Shown: positions 51,500 through 62,694, numbered from the whole stretch's first letter. The stretch is 63,581 bases of DNA, filler included, from Octopus bimaculoides (GCF_001194135.2; 6 parts of 6 records of this genome joined end to end with filler, not necessarily neighbours in it), one strand, 5' to 3'. Notes: generated by a model not told the origin, from the sequence alone. Made by a program: numbers and translations.

Positions 51500-53704
51500 C
51501 TTATTGCATGTGAGCTTAAGAAATATACCCTTGATATAGTTGCGCTCTCTGAAACTCGTCTCTCTGGTGAGGGTCAAGTAAATGAACCTACTTATGGATA
51601 TACTATCTTTTGGAGACGCTTACCTAAGGGTCAGCGTAGACAATCTGGTGTTGGGTTTGCTCTCAAGAATACATTAGTATCCTCCATTACTGATGTTCCA
51701 AGTGGAGTATCTGAACGGATCATGTTATGCCGTACTAAACTAATAACAGGTAGGTTTCTTACAATTGTCAGTATTTATGCACCAACAATGTCCCATTCTG
51801 ATGAAACTGTAGGACAGTTTTATGATGATCTAGCACAATTATTGAGGAAAGTACCAATTTTTAACTAGCTGGTCATATTGGGAAATTTCAGCGCAAGAGT
51901 TGGAAAGGACTATGTTTCATGGCCTGTTTTAGGTCGAGATGGGATTGGAAAATGTAATGAAAATGGAGTAGCTCTTTTGACTTAGAATAATCTGGTTGTT
52001 ACCAACACTCTGTTTAAGCAGAAAAGTAAATAAAAAACCACCTGAATACACCCAAGATCTAAGCACTGGCATCTCATAGATTATATTCTGATCAGAAAAC
52101 GTGATATGAAAGACGTTTCTAGTGTTCAGGCCATGAGAGGAGCAGAGAGCTGGACTGACCATCATCTGGTGCGTGGAAAAACAGATTTTTCGATAATGCC
52201 TAAAAATCGACAGTCTGGTCCTAAAGTACCCAAAAAGTAAAATGTTGCAAACTTTAAATTATCATGCAACTTGCAGAGATTCCGCGATGCTATAGAAAGT
52301 ATCAGTCTTGACCCAAACAATCTATGGGAAGATTTCAAAACAAAAGTATTTCAGGCTGCAAGTTCGTCAGTGGGATTTAAATCACATAAGTCCAGTGACT
52401 GGTTCTGAGGTAGATCAGCAGAAACTCATGATCTACTTTTAGAAAAACAAAACTTAGGCAATACACTTCTTTCTCAGTCCTTGAACCCCAACTCAAACGA
52501 AGCTTACAGAAAGTTGAAAGGGAAAGTGCAGACTGCTCTAAGGAAAATTAAACACGAATGGTGGAATGATAGAGCAAAAAGGGGCACAAGAAGCAGCCAA
52601 TAGAAATGATACCAAGGGTTTGTACTCTTATGTTCAGGAGGTATATGACCTCCAATCTTCTTCAATAGCTCCAGTGAGAACAGCAAATGAACGTTTGCTT
52701 CTGACTAACACCAATTCTATTCATAAGCGCTAGGTAGAACATTTTTCTGCACTTTTGAACAGACCATCATCCACTGACATGAGGATGATAGAAAAAATCG
52801 AACACCTTCCAGTTATAGAAGAGGTGGCATTTGAACCAACTCTAAATGACATTTATTTAGATGTGAATAAGCTGAATAAGTCTCCAGGGTCTGATGGAAT
52901 CTGTACAGAAGTCTTGAAATATGGGGGTGACAAAATGTTTGAACTCATAAATATATTAATTTGTCACTTTTGGAGAACTGAGAAAGTAACTCAAGACTGG
53001 ATTGATGCCATTTTAGTCTCCATGTATAAACCGGGGTCAAAGGATCTGTGTGGTAATTTTCATGGGATTTCACTTTTGTCTGTGGTTGGAAAGATATTTG
53101 CCCGCATTTTGTTAGAACGTTTGAATACCTTTATAGTTCCAAATATAGTGTCTGAGTCTCAGTGTGGTTTTCGCTCCTCCAGGGGCATAGCTGATTGTGT
53201 CTTTACTGCCAAACAATTACAAGAAAAGTGCCATTACTTTGTTGATTTGAGCAAAGCAACCGATACTGTTAATCGAAATGCCCTGTGGCTAATTCTAAGG
53301 AAAATAGGTTGCCGAGAAAAATTTGTAAACATGTTCATGGCTTTGCATTAAGATATGAAAGCTAGAGTTAACTTTGGTGGTAGGCTCTCTGAATCGTTTG
53401 CCGTGGAAAATGGAGTAAAGCAAGGAGACCTTGATGCACCCATCCTCTTTACAATATACTTTGCTGTTGTGTTGTCACATGCTTTTCAAAACCCTGAGGA
53501 GGGAATTTACATAAAATATCGAACAACAGGAAATGTTTTTAATCTGACCAGACTGAAATTCAAAACGAAGGTTTTTACTTCACTCATTGGGGAACTTTTG
53601 TACGCTGACGATTGCGATCATGTCAGTCGTTCTGAAACAGGTCTGCAATCTCTTGTATCTGCCTGCACTTGACTCGGCTTGTGATGATTTTGGCTTGACC
53701 ATAT
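51500..53704 (+). mobile_element. RTE-clade (BovB-like) LINE, APE + RT, decayed and truncated at both ends
   Basis: [45 protein letters not shown]; RT with SPGSDGI, SESQCGFRSSRG, GVKQGD..AP.LF, LLYADD. Multiple stops. Confidence 0.95.
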
Positions 53705-54009
53705 TACACACACATATTACACAGACACACATACACAGTCACTCACACAAATGTATATGTAAACAACTTGACCTCCTGCTATCCAGGGTCCTACATCACA
53801 GCAGTAAACTCAAAAGAGGGCAGCAGTGTCGTACTCCCTCCTTCATTAAAAGCCAATCTTAAATTGGTCATTCAGAAAATGATTACACTGGCGGTGCTCC
53901 AGCATGGCCACAGCTGTACATAAAATTTTTTTACATGTCTATCCGTATAAAAGTACACACATATCTATACTTTCGTAGAAGTGTAGATTGGGCATGTCTA
54001 TTTATTTCT

Positions 54010-54225
54010 CGTTGTTCCAGTCTAGTCAGCTGGTAAAAAAAAGTTGTTCCTGTAATTCAAATTGTCAGCCTTGTCATATTCTGTGCTACGCTGCATCTTC
54101 CTGCGAACTACGTTATGTGTACACGTGTGTAAAGAGTGCTCAATCACTTGCTCGTTAATTTCGCGTGGATTCTGTTCCATTGACTGGATCAGATGGAACA
54201 CTCGTAGTGACCGACAGGAGTGCCA
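54010..54225 (+). mobile_element. SINE, D core + tail C, 5'-truncated
   Basis: gttgttccagtctagtcagctggtaaaaa followed by cctgtaattcaaa..gtcagccttgtca...gaactacgtta...ggagtgcca. Confidence 0.7.
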
Positions 54226-54317
54226 GTTTACATACAATATACATATTGTTTGTGATATAAATAAATTTATCAAAAAATAAAGAAAGTATGTGATATGCAC
54301 ACACACATATATATATA

Positions 54318-54680
54318 TATGGAGAAGTTTCAGGTGTGGAAGCAAGGTCTAGAATTGAAGGGCCTTAGAGTCAACCTAGCTAAAACCAAAATCCTAATAA
54401 GTAGGAAGGTAGATAAAACACAAACCCCTTCAGGTAGATGGCCCTGCTCAGTATGTAGAAAAGGAGTAGGTAGTAACTCTATAAGATGTACCCGGTGCAA
54501 GCTATGGACACATAAGAGGTGCAGCAACATCAAAGGCAGGTTAACTAGCAAGTTAGTTTTTGTTTGTGGCAGATGTTCAGGTGCAATAAAGACTGCAAAC
54601 AAACAGGAAACAACTTCTATCTCATTCCAGGGTGAAAAACTAGAGGTAGTCGATAGCTTCCGCTATCTGGGCGACCAAGT
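54318..54680 (+). mobile_element. RTE-group LINE fragment, RT C-terminus with Cys/His finger insertion (open up to the gap)
   Basis: WKQGLELKGLRVNLAKTK...WPCSVCRKGVGSNSIRCTRCKLWTHKRCS...FVCGRC...LEVVDSFRYLGD. Confidence 0.85.
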
Positions 54681-54827
54681 NNNNNNNNNNNNNNNNNNNN
54701 NNNNNNNNNNNNNNNNNNNNNNNNTTAATTAATTAANNNNNNNNNNNNNNNNNNNNNNNNNNNNNNNNNNNNNNNNNNNNTATATATATATATAAATACA
54801 CAAACACAGACAGACAGACAGACAGAC

Positions 54828-54893
<66 letters not shown>

Positions 54894-54944
54894 ATGTGAT
54901 TACACGTTCGCACAAGTGTATCTATGTGTGTGTGCATGTCTGTG

Positions 54945-55035
54945 TGTATGCCTATCACTGGTGTTAGTGTGTTGACGTCCCTGTAACTTAGCGGTTCAGC
55001 TAAAGTAACCGATAAAATAAATACCAGGCTTAAAC
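54945..55035 (+). mobile_element. SINE family A tail fragment
   Basis: gtgtgttgacgtccctgtaacttagcggttcagc...accgataaaataaataccaggctt. Confidence 0.65.
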
Positions 55036-55059
55036 AAAAAAAACTGCTTTCAGCTGACC

Positions 55060-55399
55060 AAAAAGACATTCGGGTTTCAGTTTCACAGATCTCCTTGATT
55101 GTGTTGAGAACGATAAAAACTTTTTGAAAACTTTGCATAAACTTCTGAACAGGTATTGCCTAGCTTTTGGCAAAATTTGACACAGATTCTCTGCTCAAAT
55201 CTCTCTGTCATGGCCAATCACACGCTACACCCCTTCCTTCTAAGCATTGCTGTAAACAACAGAAGTGAGCAAGAACTATAAAACTTAGTGCATATGCACA
55301 GCAGAGTTCAAGGTCAATCTGTGCCAAGCGGCTTCACTCTGAGTGCTTTAGCTTCGTTACTATGGCAACAGTACGGGTACTTATTGATCAGACCACGTA
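55060..55399 (-). mobile_element. Mariner 5' end (TIR + start of transposase)
   Basis: Minus strand TA-CGTGGTCTGATCAATAAGTACCCG terminus at a (TA)n tract, then EQRICVKFCQKLGNTCSEVY. Confidence 0.8.
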
Positions 55400-55669
55400 T
55401 ATATATATATATATATATATAGTAAGGAAGAGAGACATAGTGTATGCCTAAATAATACACATATTATGTAAAACCCTCAAAACTGGTGACGGGAAGTCCA
55501 TAGAAATCCCCTTATTCCGCCCACTCTGAAGTTTTAAGTAGCTGAATACAACGGGGGGTCCCTGTCTTCTACTAGTGTTAAAGAAACACGCAGAACAGCC
55601 CTTTAAGTATTGCCTAACAAGAAAGGCTAGAGATGAATAATGTGTGTGTTTGTGTAAACGTAATTGCTT

Positions 55670-55730
<61 letters not shown>

Positions 55731-56509
55731 NNNNNNNNNNNNNNNNNNNNNNNNNNNNNNNNNNNNNNNNNNNNNNNNNNNNNNNNNNNNNNNNNNNNNN
55801 NNNNNNNNNNNNNNNNNNNNNNNNNNNNNNNNNNNNNNNNNNNNNNNNNNNNNNNNNNNNNNNNNNNNNNNNNNNNNNNNNNNNNNNNNNNNNNNNNNNN
55901 NNNNNNNNNNNNNNNNNNNNNNNNNNNNNNNNNNNNNNNNNNNNNNNNNNNNNNNNNNNNNNNNNNNNNNNNNNNNNNNNNNNNNNNNNNNNNNNNNNNN
56001 NNNNNNNNNNNNNNNNNNNNNNNNNNNNNNNNNNNNNNNNNNNNNNNNNNNNNNNNNNNNNNNNNNNNNNNNNNNNNNNNNNNNNNNNNNNNNNNNNNNN
56101 NNNNNNNNNNNNNNNNNNNNNNNNNNNNNNNNNNNNNNNNNNNNNNNNNNNNNNNNNNNNNNNNNNNNNNNNNNNNNNNNNNNNNNNNNNNNNNNNNNNN
56201 NNNNNNNNNNNNNNNNNNNNNNNNNNNNNNNNNNNNNNNNNNNNNNNNNNNNNNNNNNNNNNNNNNNNNNNNNNNNNNNNNNNNNNNNNNNNNNNNNNNN
56301 NNNNNNNNNNNNNNNNNNNNNNNNNNNNNNNNNNNNNNNNNNNNNNNNNNNNNNNNNNNNNNNNNNNNNNNNNNNNNNNNNNNNNNNNNNNNNNNNNNNN
56401 NNNNNNNNNNNNNNNNNNNNNNNNNNNNNNNNNNNNNNNNNNNNNNNNNNNNNNNNNNNNNNNNNNNNNNNNNNNNNNNNNNNNNNNNNNNNNNNNNNNN
56501 NNNNNNNNN

Positions 56510-56554
<45 letters not shown>

Positions 56555-56555
56555 G

Positions 56556-56722
56556 TATTGGTCTTCTTTCAGTTTCTGTCTACCAGATCCACTCACAAGG
56601 CTTTGGTCGGCCCGAGGCTATAGTAGAAGACACTGTCTCAAGGTGCCACGTAGTAGAATAGAACCCGGATCCATGTGGTTGAAAAACAAACTTCTTTACC
56701 ACACGTCCACGACTGCACCTGT
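56556..56722 (-). mobile_element. SINE family A head
   Basis: ctttcagtttctgtctaccagatccactcacaaggctttggtcggcccgaggctatagtagaagacac. Confidence 0.88.
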
Positions 56723-56959
56723 GTTGTTCAATTAACTAAACTTCTTGAATCTAAATCAGCCTGTACCTGGCTGGCTGAGTATTCCTCAGACAATAATATC
56801 CAATAATGCAATCCTTAGCAAGAATCAGCATGATACAGTGTATGACATGGCCATATCCTTTTTAAATGAAATGAACTCGACTGCTCTCACGAACGAGAAT
56901 ACTAAAAATGAACCCGACCGCTCTCAAAAATTAAGCAAAAAAAAACAAAAAAACAGAAA

Positions 56960-57143
56960 GCATAATCCAGAATCATTGTCCGGTACCGGATCGATCTCAA
57001 AATCTAATCAGTCCGTTCCAGTCACGAGGCCAAACATCCCTAAAAGTTTCATCCGAATCCATCCACCAGTTCTTGAGATAATTTGTCCACGGACAAACAA
57101 GCAAATGCGACAGAAAACAATATCTTCGCTAAGGCGGGGGTAA
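56960..57143. mobile_element. Non-autonomous repeat end, possibly Helitron/Helentron-associated
   Basis: tccggtaccggatcgatctcaaaatctaatc...aacaatatcttcgctaaggcgggggtaa resembles a widespread repeat ending in a terminal hairpin (from memory). Confidence 0.4.
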
Positions 57144-57149
57144 AAAATA

Positions 57150-57249
57150 TACAGTACAGTACTGTTTCTGCTTCGCAGATTTTCACCTATCGCGGTGGGG
57201 NNNNNNNNNNNNNNNNNNNNNNNCCCGCGATAGTCGAGGGATTACTGTA
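57150..57249. mobile_element. pogo/Tigger-like MITE spanning a small gap
   Basis: TA-CAGTA on the left and cgcgatagtcgagggatTACTG-TA on the right. ctatcgcgg and cgcgatag are complementary. Confidence 0.5.
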
Positions 57250-57339
57250 TTCCCGTTTGTTGTTCAGCTAAAAGCTCTCGACTCCCTTCAGCAGCTATTT
57301 CTCTTTTGTTACATTTGTGTGTGTGTGTGTGTGTGTGTG

Positions 57340-57450
57340 TTACAGTACCTGATTTTTTAAAAAGATCCTGAGATCGATCTACTCGACTAAAACGTTCAAA
57401 GCAGTGCTCCAGCATGACCACTGTCCAATGATTAAAACAAGTATAAGATT
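57340..57450 (+). mobile_element. SINE family A tail fragment
   Basis: gatcgatctactcgactaaa...gcagtgctccagcatgaccactgtccaatgattaaaacaagt. Confidence 0.65.
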
Positions 57451-57481
57451 AACAGACAGACAGATAGACAGACAGACAGAC

Positions 57482-57545
<64 letters not shown>

Positions 57546-57772
57546 GAATGAATGGATGGATGGGTAAATAGATTCATAAAACCGTTTTCCTTTTATGCGT
57601 CACGCATCACTCAACACATCCACTCTTGTATTCAATGCAGAACACAACAACTACATCGATATTTGCACCTTCCTCAACAGTTATCACTTCTCAACATTTG
57701 AATATATTTCACACATCAGCATCATTATGTGTAGTCACTGTAACATCTACAGGCTTACTCCCTCTATATCTT

Positions 57773-57835
<63 letters not shown>

Positions 57836-58067
57836 CTTTCTACTCTTTCACTTTCTCTCTCTCCCATTTTCACTCACTCATTCTCTCTTTCTCTTTGAGC
57901 CACGCCCTTTTACATTCTATAGATTGGTTTATATCTACATCAGCATGTATGTTCAACTTGTTAACTTATCTTTCATTTATGTTCACTACAACAGTTAACA
58001 CATTAATTAATGTTCTACATACATCGATTAACATTATACCCAAGCATCAATATTCACTCTCGATAAG

Positions 58068-58498
58068 GCGGTGAGCTGGCAGAAACGTTAGCACGCCGGG
58101 CGAAATGCTTAGCGGTATTTCGTCTGCCGTTACGCTCTCAGTTCAAATTCCGCCCAGGTTGACTTTGCCTTTCATACTTTCGAGGTCGGTAAATTATGTA
58201 CCAGTTACGCACTGGGATCGTTGTAATCGACTTAATCCCCTTGTCTGTCCTTGTTTATCCCTTCTATGTTTAGCCCCTTGTGGGCAATAAAGAAATAAGA
58301 AACGTTAGCACGCAGGGCGAAATGCTTAGCGGTATTTTGTCTGTCTTTACGTTCTGAGTTCAAATTCCGCCGGGGTCGACGTTGCCTTTCATCCTTTCGA
58401 GGTCGATAAATTAAGTACCAGTTGCGTACTGGGGTCGATCTAATCGACTGGCCCCATCCCTCAAAACTTCGGGCCTGATGCCTAGAGTAGAAAAGAAC
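58068..58498 (+). mobile_element. SINE family B head-to-tail dimer (tail 1 then tail 2)
   Basis: Two monomers joined at gggcaataaagaaataa|gaaacgttagcacg. Confidence 0.92.
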
Positions 58499-58704
58499 AT
58501 TTTGTCTAGTTACAATAAAAGCAGCCTAGCATTGAAAGTAGAGGCCATTTGTGTTACCCCATCTGAAGCCACCTTTCTGCCAGTTCTTTGATTCCATGCT
58601 GATACCAGTTCTTGTCCTTACGAAACACCGCTAAGCATTTCGCCCAGCTCGCCGCCTAGACTTGTCAAAATATTGCAAATAACTGACTCAACACAATATT
58701 ATTT

Positions 58705-58925
58705 TTAAGATACATCTTGCAGATGTTCTGGCACGCATCGTCAGAGATGTTCCTGGGGTATCAGAGGGTTTTGGGTCTTTCAATATGAGGCCCCGCACCC
58801 AGTTGACCCAGCCGAGGTTGAACAAGTCTCAGCTTGCATCCCAATAGCAGCAAACCACCGGTCTGCACTATTTTTATCTATCTGGCCTTCTCTGCAGCTT
58901 TAGTGGTGTAATTTATAGCCCTCCA
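58705..58925 (-). mobile_element. Probable HERO-clade (R2-group) LINE 3' end
   Basis: Minus strand RAINYTTKAAEKAR, like the AAEKASRWLW C-terminus, and UTR ttgaaagacccaaaacc...ccccaggaacatctctgacgatgcgt resembling HERO 3' ends (from memory). Confidence 0.5.
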
Positions 58926-58989
58926 ACATACATACATACATACATACATACATACATACATACATACATACATACATACATGCATGCAT

Positions 58990-59465
58990 ACAAACATAAT
59001 AGAAAGGAATACTGGTGGAATGTACCAGTGAAGACCTCAATAAAATGTAAGCACAACAGGCCTGATATAATGATTTGGGATAGAGAAGAGAAACTGTGTA
59101 CAGTTGTGGAAATTGGTTGCCAGCGGATGTTAACGTAAAGCTGAAGATCAGTGAAAAAGAGAACACCTATGCTGAACTATTGAGAAAACTGCAGTTACTC
59201 TATCCAGATTACAAGTTCAGGTTTATACGTGTAATTATTGGGGCCCTGGGATATGTAACACACTGCCTAAATACCAATCTTGAGAAATTAGGCTTCTCAA
59301 AACCAGAAAGGAGAATTCAAAGACTACAGATCCAATCCATCACTGGAACTGCAAAAAATCTGTGAAACTTTCCAGAAGTTTATCATTTAAATATATATGA
59401 GCATGTCTAGATATGTAACTATATGCAGGAGAACACATACATAAAACATGCAAATCTGCACGCAC
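58990..59465 (+). mobile_element. R4/Dong-clade LINE restriction-like endonuclease domain + 3' UTR
   Basis: EYWWNVPVKTSIKCKHNRPDIMIWD...VVEI.C..DVNVKLKISEKENTYAEL...IIGALG...LQIQSITGT: a PD-(D/E)xK RLE with one frameshift. Confidence 0.9.
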
Positions 59466-59520
59466 GCACATACATACATACATACATACATACATACATA
59501 CATACATACATACATACATG

Positions 59521-60450
59521 ATGATGGTTACCAACTCGATTTCGAGTAGGGTCATTGCCTGATTTCTTTATGCCTTAGAATCTCATCGATGAGCTGCACG
59601 AATATGGCTTTTGAGGCCTGCCAAAGACTTGCATGTTTTTTGACAATTAGTGCAAGAAAACTTGGTGATTGTATAATGTACATCTCCATGAACTTTGCCT
59701 TTGCAAGCCATTTTTTGATCTGCATAGTTTATGCATTCGAAATCATTTGTCCATCTATAATCAATGTGCGATTGTGCAATGTATAATTTCATATGGTTCT
59801 TTTGCCCAGCCTTACTAAGACAGATCTTTCCACATTCATCACATGTAAGATCATCACGTTCATTAATGCTCGCTAGAACATCATTCCTGTCACCTTTTCT
59901 CATCTTTCGTTTGATCTTTGCATGCTCCATTCTCTTCCTTTCAAATTCCTTTTTTGCCTTCATACACAACTTTTTTTTCCATTTTTCGCGGCAATGCGCT
60001 AAATCTTCCCAGTTGTCAATCGGAACATTTCTCTGATTCAATCCCGACTTCAGACAATCTTTGTACCTCATTTGTGGGATGAACGCTTACCTGTCACCAG
60101 TTCTCCGTAAAAAAAAGTTGTTTAGGCATTCTGTTGTCTGTCATTCTTACTAAGTGTCCACTCCATCGCAATCCGAACTGCAATAGCAAAGCTTCAACAG
60201 TGAAGTATTTCCTTCTTTCAAACACCTCATCATCACTCACAAACATTTCCCAGCTGATCCTCAAAATCCTTCTGAGACATTGTTGATGAAAACGTTCCAT
60301 AGGTTTTAAGTGCTTACGATACACAGTCCAGGTTTCGCAAGCATACAATAAAGAGGTTAAGATATATGTATTGTATACCTAAATCTTTGTCGCACTTCAT
60401 CATCAAGATTCGCTGATGTGTTTAGAAACTAGAGCAAGTTTTCTTGCAGT
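59521..60450 (-). mobile_element. RTE-clade (BovB-like) LINE 3' part with C-terminal C2H2 fingers and intact 3' end
   Basis: LYACETWTVY...RFHQQCLRRIL...LRWSGHLVRM.DNRMPKQL; RYKDCLK; two C2H2 motifs; 3' hairpin CTCG-AAAT-CGAG, then (CAT)3 and (TATG)n. Confidence 0.92.
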
Positions 60451-60849
60451 GAATCTCTTGCCGTATGTTCCTTGCATTCTACATTTGCATCACCCTGTAT
60501 TCTTCATTGTGTTATGTATCACTTCAAGTAGGTAGTTGACCGGCAAACTTATCTTGAAATCTGTTTTTACATATTGCATATATGACAGATTATTGCGTTT
60601 ATTTCTGCAAGTAGAGTTGCAGTCGCATTGCAGCTTGTCCTTGACGGGTGAACAACCGATTAACATTGAGAGAAGGGGTTTTATCGCTTTGTATTATCTG
60701 ATAAAACTTGTGAGATAGCAGCAGAAAAACAATTGTTGAAACGAGATATATATCTTGTATATTTTTGGAAAGGATTCAACAAACTAGTGGGTTTAAAGGA
60801 GATAATAACAAATTTTACAGATATACGGAAATGTATATATATTCACAGA

Positions 60850-61277
60850 TGTGGAGGCGCAATGACCCAGTGGTTAGGGCAGCGGACTCGTGATCATAGG
60901 ATCACGGTTTCTATTCACAGACCGAGCGTTGTGAGTGTTTATTGAACGAAAACACCTAAAGCTCTACGAGGCTCCCGCAGGGGTGGGGGCGAACCCTGCA
61001 GTACTCATTCACCAAGACTTTCTCTCACTCTTTCTTCCTGTTTCTGTTGTACCTGTATTTCGAAGGGCCAGCCTTGTCACTCGGTGTCACGCTGAATCTC
61101 CCCGAGAACTACGTTAAGACTACACGTGTCTGTTGAATGCTCAGCCACTTGCACGTTAATTTCACGAGCAGGCTGTTCTATTGATCGGATCAACTGGAAC
61201 CCTCGTCGTCGTAACCGANNNNNNNNNNGATCGGATCAACTGGAACCCTCGTCGTCGTAACCGACGGAGTGCCACGA
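60850..61277 (+). mobile_element. tRNA-derived SINE family C, full length
   Basis: Homologous end to end with 24976-25368. The 36-bp duplication across the 10-N gap is an assembly overlap. Confidence 0.92.
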
Positions 61278-61571
61278 TATTCACAAGTATATTCAGTGTA
61301 TTTACAACGGATAATGTGCATTGGTATACAAAATCTATATTTACACCGTATACATTAACATTATATGAAACGCATAAGTACAACATATATTCACAGTTAT
61401 GCCCATATTCTATATACACCTAACATATTCAGAGGCCTTTATGAAATGTATAAGAAAAGTGTATATTTACAGATGTAAACAGTGTCAAAATGTAACCACA
61501 TGTGAATCGTTGACGTTTTTTCTTCTTTTTTCCTCCGTCTTCCTTTTCTATTGGACTTTCTTCTGTCTCCT

Positions 61572-61606
61572 GTTTCTGAAGAAGAGCTTTGCTCGAAACG
61601 TAAAAC
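61572..61606 (+). ncRNA. Minimal type I hammerhead ribozyme
   Basis: GTTT-CTGAAGA-A-GAGC(TTT)GCTC-GAA-AC-GT-A-AAAC: intact core, stem I GTTT/AAAC, loopless palindromic stem III ACGT, GUA cleavage triplet. Sits in a pyrimidine-rich repeat-like segment at about 61440-61680. Confidence 0.75.
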
Positions 61607-61719
61607 CACCTTTCTTTCCTTCTCTGAGCGTCTGCTAATACTTTATATGTACCATGTCCTCGCGTTGTTGTTTTTTGTGTGTGTGTGTTTGTTCTTGTTT
61701 TTTTTTTTTTACGTACACA

Positions 61720-61757
<38 letters not shown>

Positions 61758-61958
61758 TGTCTACGTATACAGTATATTCTCTAAGGATGTACAAAATAAT
61801 TATATATATATATATACAAATACGTTTATTAAAAAATGGTGTCCAAAATTAGGTACATGTAAACAGACAGACAGTCAGTCATTCAGTCAGACAGACAGAC
61901 GGACGGACAGACGGACGGACGGACGGACGGACGGACAGACAGGCAGACAGATAGATAT

Positions 61959-62240
61959 GTTTCTTTATTGGCCACACGGGGCTGAACACAGAGGGGACAA
62001 AATACAAAGTAGAGATTTTCTTTTTGGGAAGGAAAGAAAAAAAGAGGGGGTAGAATTTCGATCAAAAGGGATCGTGGAAAAAAAAAGTGGGGAAAGCCGA
62101 TCAATAGGGATCGTGTATCACCGAAATGTCATAGTGTAAAATGGGAAACAGATTAGGTTTATCCGTGGAAAGAAAAGCCTACGGAAAAAACCACGGTAAC
62201 CTCGGGCAATAATGTCATGCAGAAAACACATTACAGTAAG
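61959..62240 (-). mobile_element. LINE 3' UTR fragment (L1/Tx1-like), ending AATAAAGAAA
   Basis: T/C-rich UTR with a terminal AATAAA, homologous to 49578-49639 and to SINE B tail 1. Flanked by GATA/GACA tracts on both sides. The clade is inferred because no ORF is attached. Confidence 0.65.
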
Positions 62241-62241
62241 T

Positions 62242-62274
<33 letters not shown>

Positions 62275-62333
62275 CAGAGAGAGACAGACAGACAGACAGA
62301 AAGGTAGGTAGGTAGGTAGGTAGGTAGGCAAGC

Positions 62334-62418
<85 letters not shown>

Positions 62419-62694
62419 TGTTTGAATAAAGTAAACCATACTAGAGAAAACACACATATATATACGGGCTCGCAAACTTACATATGCATGCGAGATTAGG
62501 TCCATTTATCGAAAACATATTTATCGAAAGAAAAATTGATCGAAATTCATTGAAATTTTAGAGCTTTATAATTTATAATTTATTTCTTTTGCTTTTATAA
62601 AAAAAATTTTCAACCTCATTATATCATAAAGAATTTATACATCCATAATTCTCAATTTTATTCCTTTCATCATTATTAACAATATATATATATA

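Noticed and set aside
10062-54736. TTAATTAATTAA motif at 10062, 41238, 46226, 49522 and 54725
   Set aside because: Always centred in a 44N+12+44N block, so it is an assembly spacer and not biology.
3733-56735. Long ORF-track entries full of X or of YI/CV/HT/LS/IYLS runs
   Set aside because: They are translations of N gaps and microsatellites.
61183-61264. 36-bp tandem duplication in the SINE C tail
   Set aside because: It straddles a 10-N gap, typical of an unmerged contig overlap.
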